Of a stretch of 64,000 bases of DNA, positions 25,211-36,700 are shown one piece after another; position 1 is the stretch's first letter; the number at the start of each line of letters is the position of its first letter. This DNA comes from Macrostomum lignano. Lineage: Eukaryota. Under the pieces are notes generated by a model that searched no databases, was not told where the DNA came from, and saw only the letters and a list, made by a program, of their open reading frames with translations. The position numbers were made by a program, and so were the translations under genes. The stretch is from NCBI GenBank assembly GCA_002269645.1, contig NIVC01000022.1, forward strand, positions 310,001-374,000, given 5' to 3'.

Positions 25211-28200
25211 ATGCTCCGGTCCGGCATCCGCGGCCTGCTGTCCCTGCCCGGCTCCGCCCTGCCCGGCGCCCTGTCGCTGCGCACGACCTACTCGGCGGCG
25301 CTGACCCTGCGAGTGCGCGAAAAGATCGCGGATACCCGTCGCCGATCGCAAGAGGGCGGCGGCGCCAAGCGGATCGACGCCCAGCACCAGAAGGGCAAGC
25401 TGACCGCCCGGGAGCGAATCGAGCTGCTCATGGACCCTGGCAGCTTTCGCGAATACGACGCCTTCGTTGAGCACGACTGCATCGACTTCGGCATGGAAAA
25501 GTCCAAGACCCCGGCCGACAGCGTGGTGACGGGACACGGCCTCATCCACGGCCGGCCGGCGTTCGTGTTCAGCCAGGACTTCACCGTCTACGGTGGCAGC
25601 CTCTCGCTGGCCCACGCCAAGAAGATTTGCAAGGTTTGCTTGCTGAAAAGTTTTCTTCCGGCATCTTTGTTACATTTTTATTTGTGACGTCATCATTCAT
25701 TATGACGTCATTTTTATCTTGGGTTACGTCATCCACCCATGCCAGCTAAATGGCGTCAAATTTAGAGATTCTTTGTCGAAGTGTCGGACTGTGAATAATT
25801 TTCAGAGAACTATTTCTTTTAGTTAAATCAGGGGTGGGAAAACTCCAACCTGTGGGCCATATGCGGCGCTATATCCGGCACTCAGGTCCTTGGACACTTT
25901 AGACTGGCAATCCGCTCTTCTCAGTTATCTCCTCTCCCCTCCTCCCTCTCCTCTTCTCTCCTCTCATCCCATGTAAACTCTCTTATCTTATCTCCTCTTC
26001 TCTCCCCCCCTATTTCCCCCCCCCCCTATCTCGTATCTTTGATGACGTCATTGTAGGTTTTCTATCTATGACATCATCTTTGGCATGTTTTTTGTTGGAT
26101 GAAGTCATCGTCGTCTAGTTATGACGTCATCGTGTCTACCAATTCTCGCCCCATAGGTGATGGACCAGGCCATGGTGGTCGGCGCCCCGGTCATCGGCCT
26201 CAACGACAGCGGCGGCGCCCGCATCCAGGAGGGCGTGGCCAGCCTGGCCGGCTATGCCGACATCTTCGAGCGCAACGTGCTGGCCTCCGGCGTGGTGCCG
26301 CAGATCTCCATGATCATGGGACCCTGCGCCGGCGGCGCCGTGTACTCCCCTGCCCTCACCGACTTCATCTTTATGGTGGAGCAGTCCTCCTACCTGTTCA
26401 TCACCGGCCCCGACGTGGTCAAGACTGTCACCGGTGAGCCCTGCTGCCCAGCGCCTTCGCCCGGCTCTCTGACTCTCCGTCTGACTCTGACTTCTCTCTT
26501 GCTGACTCTCTGACTCTGATATCCCTCTGTCTGACTCTCTGACTCGGACATCCCTCTACCCGACTCTCTGACATCCCTCTACCTGACTCTCTGACATCCC
26601 TCTACCTGACTCTCTGACATTCTCTATCTGACTCTCTGACATCCCTCTATCTGACTCTCTGACATTCTCTATCTGACTCTCTAACATTATCTGACTCTGA
26701 CATTCTCTATCTGACTCTGACATTCTCTATCTGACTCTGACATTCTCTATCTGACTCTGACATTCTCCATCTGACTCTGACATTCTCTATCTGACTCTGA
26801 CATTCTCTATCTGACTCTCTAACATTATCTGACTCTGACATTCTCTATCTGACTCTGACATTCTCTATCTGACTCTGACATTCTCTATCTGACTCTGACA
26901 TTCTCCATCTGACTCTCTAACATTATCTGACTCTGACATTCTCTATCTGACTCTGACATTCTCTATCTGACTCTGACATTCTCTATCTGACTCTCTAACA
27001 TTATCTGACTCTGACATTCTCCATCTGACTCTCTAACATTATCTGACTCTGACATTCTCTATCTGACTCTGACATTCTCTATCTGACTCTGACATTCTCT
27101 ATCTGACTCTGACATTCTCCATCTGACTCTCTAACATTATCTGACTCTGACATTCTCTATCTGACTCTGACATTCTCTATCTGACTCTGACATTCTCTAT
27201 CTGACTCTGACATTCTCTATCTGACTCTGACATTCTCTATCTGACTCTGACATTCTCTATCTGACTCTGACATTCTCTATCTGACTCTGACATTCTCTAT
27301 CTGACTCTGACATTCTCTATCTGACTCTGACATTCTCTATCTGACTCTCTAACATCAATCTGCTCGCAGCAATCTTTACAGTTTAATTTATCAGAAACTC
27401 TGGGCCTTTTGCTTTGTGTCTTCACCTCACCGTCGCTTCCTTCCCGCCGCACCCAGGCGAGAATGTCACCCAGGAGGAGCTGGGCGGCTCCAAGACCCAC
27501 ACCGTCACCTCGGGCGTGGCGCATCGCGCCTTCGAGAACGACGTCGACGCTCTGGCCACCCTGCGCGAGCTGTACACCTTCTTGCCGCTGTCCAATCGCG
27601 ACAGGGCCCCCATCCGCGAGTGTCAGGTGAGTCCGTTCTCGGAGTTCTCAACCTCTTGATCGATTTTCTAGCAGTTTGACCCAGTTGTTGACTCGCTGAC
27701 CCAGTTTTTGAGTCCCTGACCCAGTTATTGACTCACTGACCCAGTTGTTGACTCGCTGACCCAGTTGTTGACTCGCTGACTCACTGTTTACTTACTGACC
27801 CAGTTGTTGACTCGCTGACTCACTGTTTACTCACTGACCCAGTTGTTGCCTCGCTGATCCAGTTGTTAAGTCCCTGACCCAGTTGTTGACTCGCCGACTC
27901 ACTGTTTACTCACTGACTCAGTTGTTGACTCGCTGACCCAGTTGTTTACTCGCTGACTCACTGTTTACTCACTGACCCAGTTGTTGACTCGCTGACCCAG
28001 TTGTTGACTCGCTGACCCAGTTGTTGACTCTCTGACCCAGTTTTGACTTTCTGAGCCAGCTTTGACTCGCTGACCCAGTTGTTGACTCGCTGACCCAGTT
28101 GTTGACACACTGACACGTTTTCGAATTTAAGTGCTCATTTACCAACCAGGCTTGTGTGAATGATTTGCATGATCAAGACTTCCGACACGCTAAATTTTAA

Positions 28201-30527
28201 AAACCCATTAATTAATCTACTGACACATTTCAATTACCGCATTGACAAAAGCATTTTCAACTTAACTGGATAACTAATGCCACTTGCCTTAATCGATTTT
28301 ATTTGTAATATCATTCTAATTGGCACAAAATGAGTTTAAAATAATATTTTTATATTACAACAACATTTAAACTTGTAGGGTATGGTAAGTGCTTGCAGTT
28401 CAAAATTCGCAATTCAAATCCTTTCTGGGAGAAGCAGACAGCTGATTTTATTTAAATCCACGTATATTAATAAATAATGTAGTAATTATGATTCGTACTG
28501 TATATGGGTACATATTTGCAATTTGATTAGCAAAATTGCCCTTGACAAATGCATTGGCTTGTCTTAATTGACCCATCTCCTGATTCATTGACCCACTCAC
28601 TGACTCATTGATTGACCCAACCACTGATTCATTGACCCACTCACTGACTCATTGATTGACCCAACCACTGATTTATTGACCCTCCCACCGACAGATTGAC
28701 CCAAACACTGATTCATTGACTCACTCACTGACTCATTGATTGAACCAACCACTGATTTATTGACCCTCCCACCGACAGATTGACCCAAACACTGATTCAT
28801 TGACCCACTCACTGACTCATTGATTGACCCAACCACTGATTTATTGACCCTCCCACCGACAGAATGACCCAACCACTGATTCATTGACCCACTCACTGAC
28901 TCATTGATTGACCCAACCACTGATTTATTGACCCTCCCACCGACAGATTGACCCAACCACTGATTCATTGACCCACTCACTGACTCATTGATTGACCCAA
29001 CCACTGATTTATTGACCCTCCCACCGACAGATTGACCCAACCACTGATTCATTGACCCACTCACTGACTCATTGATTGACCCAACCACTGATTCATTGAC
29101 CCACCGGCCACTCCCTGATTCATTGACCCACCGGCACCCCTTGATTCATTGACCCACCGGCACCCATTGATTCATTGACCCACCGGCCACCCCCTGACTC
29201 ATTGACCCACACGTTGACCCGCAGGACTCGCCAGACCGCGTGGTGCCGGCCCTGGACACGGTGGTGCCCCTGGAGACGACTAGCGCCTACGACATGCTCG
29301 ACGTGATTCGTGGCATCGTTGATGAAGAGGAGTTCTTTGAAATCATGCCCAAGCACGCCAAGAACATCGTGATCGGCTTCGGCCGGATGCACGGCCAAAC
29401 CGTTGGTTTCCTTGGTAACCAGCCCAAGGTGGCTGCCGGCTGCCTGGACATCAACGCGTCCGTCAAGGGCGCCCGGTTTGTCCGCTTCTGCGACGCCTTC
29501 AACATCCCGCTGGTGACGCTGGTTGACGTGCCTGGCTTCCTGCCCGGCACCCAGCAGGAGTTCAATGGCATCATCAAGCACGGCGCCAAGCTGATCTACT
29601 CCTACGCCGAGGCCACCGTGCCGAAAATTACCGTCATCACGCGCAAGGCCTACGGCGGCGCTTACTGCGTTATGAGCTCCAAGTGAGTATTTTGCACGCG
29701 TGCTTTTAGTGTATATGACTAGCAGACAAGCCTTCCTTTGGCTTTTCTGACGCTTTTTTATTTTTACTCTAGCCTAGTGGTTAGAGCGTTGGACTCACAA
29801 CTCAGTGGTCGGGGGTTCGATTCTCGACCCGGTCGGAACATTTTTTGTCCTCAAGCAAGACACTTAACTCTGCATTGCTTCAGTTCACCCAGCTGTAAAA
29901 TGGGTGCCAGCATTAGCTGGGGTAATTCAGGGTTTGTGGTGACCCCCCCCCCCAGTCCTTGAGTTTTATTAATTTGTGAAAAAAATCCAATCAGCTTGGA
30001 AATCCTTTAAGTTTTGACTGTTTTCACTATTCAAAGCATATTTTCGATACATATCGGCAATAAAGCCCTCAAAGTGTCAAGCTATATGCCGCACTGCAAA
30101 GTGTTTTTCGATACATATCGAACAACTTTGCCTAGAGTCTGAAAAAAGGTTTGTAACATTGCTTTAACAAAATGATCTCTGTGAAGTATGTTTTCGATAC
30201 ATATCGTTGCAAGCTACTCTACATCTAAATGAAACAATTTTCAGGCACCTCCGCGGCGACGTGAACTACGCCTGGCCAAGCGCCGAAATCGCCGTGATGG
30301 GCGCCCAGGGTGCCGTTAAAATCATCTTCCGCGGCAAGGACCAGGCTCAGGCCGAGACTGACTACGTTGACAAGTTCGCCAACCCGTTCCCGGCCGCTGT
30401 CCGCGGCTACGTTGACGATATTGTGCAGCCGCGCTTCACCCGCCAGCTGATCTGCCGCGACCTGGAGCTGCTGCGCACCAAATCCCAGACCAACCCGTGG
30501 CGCAAGCATGGCAACATGCCGCTGTGA
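25211..30527 (+). CDS. PCCB: Propionyl-CoA carboxylase beta chain, mitochondrial, 536 aa. Exons 25211-25633, 26157-26433, 27457-27626, 29225-29682, 30245-30527
   Basis: Carboxyltransferase motifs [69 protein letters not shown] and KHGNMPL. Phases 0,1,0,2 all match. N-terminus is Arg/Ser/Leu-rich and transit-peptide-like. Confidence 0.97.
25829..25885 (+). mobile_element. Probable hAT (Charlie-type) transposon end fragment in PCCB intron 1
   Basis: CAGGGGTGGGAAAACT...GTGGGCCATATGCGGC resembles hAT TIR plus subterminal motif; no partner end found. Confidence 0.45.
26470..27355. repeat. 20-bp minisatellite (CTCTGACATTCTCTATCTGA), PCCB intron 2
   Basis: Fills almost the whole intron. Confidence 0.96.
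27672..28105. repeat. 20-bp minisatellite (GACCCAGTTGTTGACTCGCT), PCCB intron 3 5' part
   Basis: Direct tandem copies. Confidence 0.93.
28570..29215. repeat. ATTGACCC-based minisatellite with ~81-bp higher-order unit, PCCB intron 3 3' part
   Basis: Direct tandem copies running up to the acceptor at 29224. Confidence 0.93.
29770..29955 (+). mobile_element. tRNA-derived CORE-SINE copy in PCCB intron 4
   Basis: A-box TAGCCTAGTGG (29770), B-box GGTTCGATTCT (~29814). These are followed by TGTCCTCAAGCAAGACACTTAACTC...CAGTTCACCCAGCTGTAAAATGGG, which resembles the MIR/CORE domain. Confidence 0.75.
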
Positions 30528-32020
30528 TGAGGAATGGACTCCGACCGTCTGCTATGATGCAGCTTGCGTTAAACTACTGACAGTAGCGTTTTCTCCCCGT
30601 AGGCTCTCTATATACGAGTAGATAGTTTTTTTACTGAGTAATAGTTATTGTCATATTTGCACCGCATACTACTGATCCACTTTTTGACATTTTCTAATCC
30701 AAATTAAAAGAAAATACTCGTTCGCTTTTTATATTACTTTTATTAGATAAAGTTGATCAGCAGTATAATATAATTAGTTTGGCATTATAAATTAGCAGCT
30801 CCTATCTCTGGCTTCAAAGCCCAATAGCTTCAGTTATAGATGTTGTGACGAAGATCTACTTATTATATCTTGCCATTTTTTTCTGCGCTAGCAGCTCAAC
30901 TTTGAGCACTAAAATAATTGTCAATGCTCCCAGGCAGACAACTGACTGTCTCTGACTCTGTGTGGCTCAGTTCGACCCCTTCTCTCCCCAATGTGTTTTT
31001 GTCTTTGTTCGTTTGCTTTCAGTAGACATCTGTGCAGTCTGTGGCCTAGCTCACTGCTCTAGACAATATTTATCTTTGCAATGGATGGAAAATTCGTTAA
31101 ACAGAAACACACTGCAACAAAGATCGCAAAGTCTTTGTCCTACTTCTAAAGAATCTGAATCCTACAGAAAAATACACGACCGCTCCGCATCGTTTCCAAT
31201 TAGCTGTGTTGTTTTCAAGCTTAGAAGCATTAGTAAAAAAAATATTCAGTATCGGTCCGTTAGTTTTTTATTTTAAAGGCCCACTAAAATAGCTTTTAAT
31301 AACTATAATCCGTGTGCTTAAAAGCGCTGCATGTCTCAGAGCCGGCAACTTTTCTGCCAATAGCAGCAATGCAAAGTCAGTATAAGCCCAATATAGCGTT
31401 GATGAGTCCGTCGGGAGGCCCGTGTGACCCAGTGACCCCGGCAAACACCTGCGCTGTGTCCAGCATGGCTGAGAGGCTGATATGCGAGTGACCTACCAGT
31501 AGATTTAGTAGCTGAAGGCTGGAGTTGAATCCGGCAGGTGCATGCCATGCCATCTTGCAAGAACAGCGAAAGCTGGACACCCGAGTGGGTGCCGAATCAT
31601 GCTGGTAAAATTTGCCTATGTCAGCGACCGAGGGATCTGGCTGGGAAATCCTCGCTGGTGATGAAGCATTGATCTACAGTACAAAAGTACGATCCCGAGA
31701 ACGAGCGCCAGTCGATCAGCCGTTTGTACTTTTCGGACGAAACGATGAACGAATAATGCTTCTAATATTATTTATTACTATAGTTGACAATTTTGTCAAT
31801 AAAACCTTAGAGAATCATAAATAAATCATACGTATCAGAGACGTTCCTGAAAGCAAAAAGGTTACGTATCGGATAGGTAATTTTTCTGCTCTTGCATAAC
31901 TATATATTACATGAATATGTGCAGTTACGCGCAGAACTTCGAACCAAGGACGACTTAAGTAGAAGGACGGGAAACACCGTTTCTTAGAAAATTTTAGAAG
32001 GCAGGTTTCCCGAAAAAATA

Positions 32021-32564
32021 CACTACGGAGATCGGAAGTTTTCATTTTTTCAGCACAAAAATTGCTATTGCTTTTAATAGGACCCAGTGTTCATCTTTTG
32101 ATATGCTGTGCCTTTCTTATTGCTCTATTGATATTCATAAAGCTTTTTATTCAATGAATTAGGATTCATGTGAATTTTTTATTCTACGTACATAATTGCA
32201 CGTACATGTATCAATTGTGCCTAAAAACCATTAAAATGGCACGGCTCAGCTCTTTGGTTTTATGAGTCTATTTTATCATTCTTAGCTGACTGTATAACAA
32301 ATATTTGTAACAGATATGATAAAATAGATTCATAAAACCAAAGATTCGAGCTGTGCCATGCATTTTTATGATTTTTAGTTACGGCCGGAAATGTACGTAG
32401 AATAAAAAATTCACATAGAATCCTAATTCATTTAATAAAAAGCTTTATGAATATCAACAGAGCAATAAGAAAGGCACAACATATCAAAAGATGGATACTG
32501 GATCCTATCAATAGCAATAGCAATTTTTGTGCTGAAAAAATGAAAACTTCCGATCTCCGTAGTG
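32021..32564. mobile_element. 544-bp foldback MITE with CACTA termini
   Basis: TA|CACTACGGAGATCGGAAG ... CTTCCGATCTCCGTAGTG|TA. The two halves (~32021-32285 and ~32300-32564) are imperfect reverse complements throughout. Confidence 0.85.
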
Positions 32565-33737
32565 TATTTTTCGTAGTTTTATTTTTCCGTAGAGTATTAA
32601 TTATAAGGTCCTGTTTTAGTTAGAATAAGACAGCTGGCAAAGTGTGAACTCAGAAAAGTTCTCGAATATCGTAACGTTCATAATTCTGTTGGTTAGACCA
32701 AGAAGTTCTTTGCACATTCATGATCACTTTAAATTCCTTGGAGTTAAATCTGAGTTGAATATAACAAAAATGCTTTCTTTTTTGGAATATGCACTTGTCC
32801 AATATTTTTTAAACGAAATTTAAGTAGCTATTTTATTTAATGAAAGTAAAAAATCATATAGTTAATTGATTATTTCCATTGTCAGTGTCAAGATAAAGGA
32901 ACCAACTTAGTTTTTTCTGTGCATGCGATTTTTTGTATCCTAATAGCTTTTGCGACTGTTACTTTTTAGATTTCCATATATTTATTTTATGCAATACAGA
33001 AATTTAAGGAAAAACCTATACACAGGTACTTCAAAGTATTTTTTCTTAGTCTCGATCGGATAATAAAAATCTTGGATTAAACTGCATATAAATGTATACT
33101 AACAGATAGATGCTTAGAAATTAATTTACTGTAAGTCCTAAACCAGGTAAGCCTTTTTGGCGAGCTGATGTGGCTTTCAATTGAAGATATTGTAGACTAA
33201 AAAAATAATTAGTTTTTTGTCCTAACTTCTACATAGCATCATATTCTTAAGAAAAATGACAAGTAAAGAATAGTTTTGTTTTAGAATAATCTATTTGGCT
33301 ATACTTGTACATTGTACTCTTTGCCTCGAATTGCCTTTTAGAGAAGATTGCTAGCCCAGACCTTTCTATACCAAAAATTACTCTGGATTTTATTATTTTT
33401 CTGAAAGTATTAAATATTTTTTTTATATTTATATTTATATATATCTAATATTTATATTTTATAAATAATAAATATAATATAATATATAAATAATAATAAT
33501 ATAATATATATTATGCAAATTCTCACTCTTTGAAAAGAAGTTTTATTGCTATTAAAATAAATTTGTTTTATTCAAATTTTGCTTAATAAAATTTCATTAA
33601 TTTTGAAGCAAAAATTAAAACAGCTAACAAAAGAACAAAAAAATTAAACACACACAACTTTTTAACAAGTATACAAATTGAAACCTTCAGTAATTTTTAA
33701 TTTCTTCTTTAATTTTTTATCGAAATTTTTTAGCCTA

Positions 33738-36700
33738 ATGGACCAATCTTCACGTCCGGAATCGCCTGTGGATTTCTATTTCGCCCTGCAAGAAACAAAG
33801 CAGAGCCTTGACACTGAATTTGAGAACAATACAAATCTGCGGCACCATGTGCATCAGCTGGTGCGAGCTTTGAAGTGCAGGGCAGATAATGCGGCAGCTG
33901 CAAGGCAGCGCATGGCAGCTGCCATTGCTGCTGAGAACATCCTGCCAGACTTGAGCAAGCTGTCGATGGCCTGTCTTAGCAAAGGTGAAATGGCAGGATT
34001 ATAATTTCTTTTTAGACTCCTTCATTCACTTGAAGGGGTGTCTATGGCCTACAGCAGGACCACCAATAACATCTAGTTTGACACCTGGTCTGGTGCCCCT
34101 GTCACTTGATCTGACCCTTCTGACACCCCATTTAGCAGTCCTGACATCTGATTTATCACTCCTGACACCTGATTTAGCAGTCCTGACACCTGATTTAGCA
34201 GTCCTGACACCTGATTTAGCAGTCCTGATACCTGATTTAGCAGTCCTGACACCTGATTTAGCAGTCCTGACACCTGATTTAGCAGTCCTGACACCTGATT
34301 TAGCAGTCCTGATACCTGATTTACCAGTCATGATACCTGATTTAGCAGTCCTGACACCTGATTTAGCAGTCCTGACACCTGATTTAGCAGTCTTGATACC
34401 TGATTTAGCAGTCCTGATACCTGATTTAGCAGTCCTGATACCTGATTTAGCATTCCTGACACCTGATTTAGCAGTCTTAAAGCCCAATTTAGCATTCCTG
34501 ACACACCCGGTCGGTAGTTCTGACATCCTAGTTGTCTCCTGACGCACCCAATTTGGCACTCCCGATCCCCGATAATCTGACAACCTGTGAACCCCAAACG
34601 CAGCTGGTCAGCAGCAGCTCACCAAAGGCGAGTTCCAGCTGCTGCTGTGCACCCTGCACCTCTGCCACACCTGCACGGACGCCAGCCCTGAGTTCTCGGC
34701 TCATCTGGTCGGCTCGGGTGACGCTCTGCAGCTGCTGAAGTCCCTGCTGGCCGCGTGGGTGCAGCCACACCTGGAGAAACGGCTTGAGCAGCAGTCGGTC
34801 AGAGGCCTCAAGAGCTGCTTGAGCACCGTGTACAACGCGCTGTGGCAGGGCGAGGCCCGTGAAGTCTGCAGCGTGCTGGCACTGAAACAAATCGGCATTG
34901 TGGAAGCAGCCAACCAGCTGTTTCAACTGTCTGACAATAAGTACATCGTCCAGTTCAGCTTCCTCATTCTGGTGTACAGCTGCTCGGATGATGAGGCAGC
35001 CAGATTCCTGCAGCCGGGCGACTCCGGCCAGCAGCAGGAGCGGGTCGGGCGCCAGTTGCGCCAGCTGGTGGCCGGGCTGGGCCGGGTCTGCGCCGCCAAG
35101 CACTGGAGAACAGAAGACGGCTTTAGCATGGATGAGCTGCTTGCCTGTTAGCGGCGGGTCTCTGTGGAATCTTTTTTGTTGAGTTGCAGACTTTGTAGTT
35201 GAGCTTGGACAAGCAATAGACTCTCCGGTGGTGCATAAATATTTGTAGAAGCTGGGCTGTGCTGGAGTCGAAAAATGAAGACAGTTGATTGAGTGGAAAA
35301 TTCCGCGCATGCTCGTAGAATTAATTATAAGCAACATTTATTTACTACTCTACTAATAGTAGAAATACAGGGATAAAATTTTCTATATGCTACTAATATA
35401 AAATTTTCCAGTGAATTTTCTTAGAAATTAAATTGCACTACACGGCCCCACTTTCCCACCGCAGGCGTCCGGCGGTTCAGCCGCCGCCCCGACCACCGCC
35501 CGCTGCTGCTCCGCCAGGACTGTCTGGCTGAGCTGCAGCGGCTGCTGCAGACGGCGGCCGAGCGACCCGCCAGTCAGATCGTTGCCGCCTTCGAAATCGC
35601 GCTCTCGCTTTCATTGCACCCGACATGCGTCGACGCAGTCAGGCGAAGCCTCGGCTCGGAGCTGCAGTCGCTGGTAGTTGAGGGCGGCGGGCGGCTGGCG
35701 GACGCTGTCCGGTGCCTCTTGGGTGAGGATGATGAACAGCTGCAACCAGGGCATCGCCATGGACTTTATGGTGGTGGGAAACAGTCAGGAATTCTACATG
35801 ACTAAATTCCTACATTAATTTGGGAATCGGTATTGTTGGCACTTATTTTGGCGCGACAGACAGGCACTCATTTTAGAGATAGGAATTAGAGAGGAATAGA
35901 GATAGGATTGAGATAGGAAGCTGTCGGTTTTACAAGAACTATGATTGGGCATTGCCAATTTCTCACAGTTTGAAAAAAATTGCTGTTTTTTCTTTTGCTT
36001 TCTACTTAAAGTAGTCTGTCGCTGATTATTTTAGAATCGCCAGAGTCTGACTTGAAAGAGCAGCCGCGGTGGACAACTGATGCTTTTTCTGGTCCAAATG
36101 AAGGTCAGCCATCGCTTTCGCTTTGTCGAGTCGATTGTTGAATGTTTTTAAATAAGTTGTTTAATCAAGTTTTCTGATATTTTAGAACTCCGAACTTCAC
36201 AACGCAAAGCAAGGAGCAAAAATGAGAGAAAGGCGAATTCTCAGGCATCAGGTGAGAACTGGGAAAGAACTGGGTTTTTTCTTCTCAGAACTTCTCAGAA
36301 CTGGGTGGGCCCTGTCTTCGTTTCAACAAGTTAGCGGACTCAAAACGATCTGCTTTAGACTGCGGGGCTCCGTAAAGCGAGGCTGTAACTATACTGTAAA
36401 CGAAGCTGTAGCTTCTCTACGCGAGGCTGTAGCACTGTAGACAAGGCTGTAACTGCTGTAGCTAAGCGAGGCTGTAACTACTGTAATCGAAGCTTTAATT
36501 ACTGTAGGCGAGGCTGTAATTCCTGTAGGCAAGACCGTAACTACTGTAGGTAAGGCTGTAACTACTTTAGGTGAGGCTGTAACTACTGTAGTCGAGGCTG
36601 TAACTACTGTAGATAAGGCTGTAACTACTGTAGTCGAGGCTGTAACTACTGTAGATAAGGCTGTAACTACTGTAGTCGAGGCTGTAACTACTGTAGTCGA

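Noticed and set aside
31330-31620. GC-richer island with short ORFs on the - strand
   Set aside because: No recognisable motif, no consistent splice sites and interrupted frames; possibly a decayed element but unsupported.
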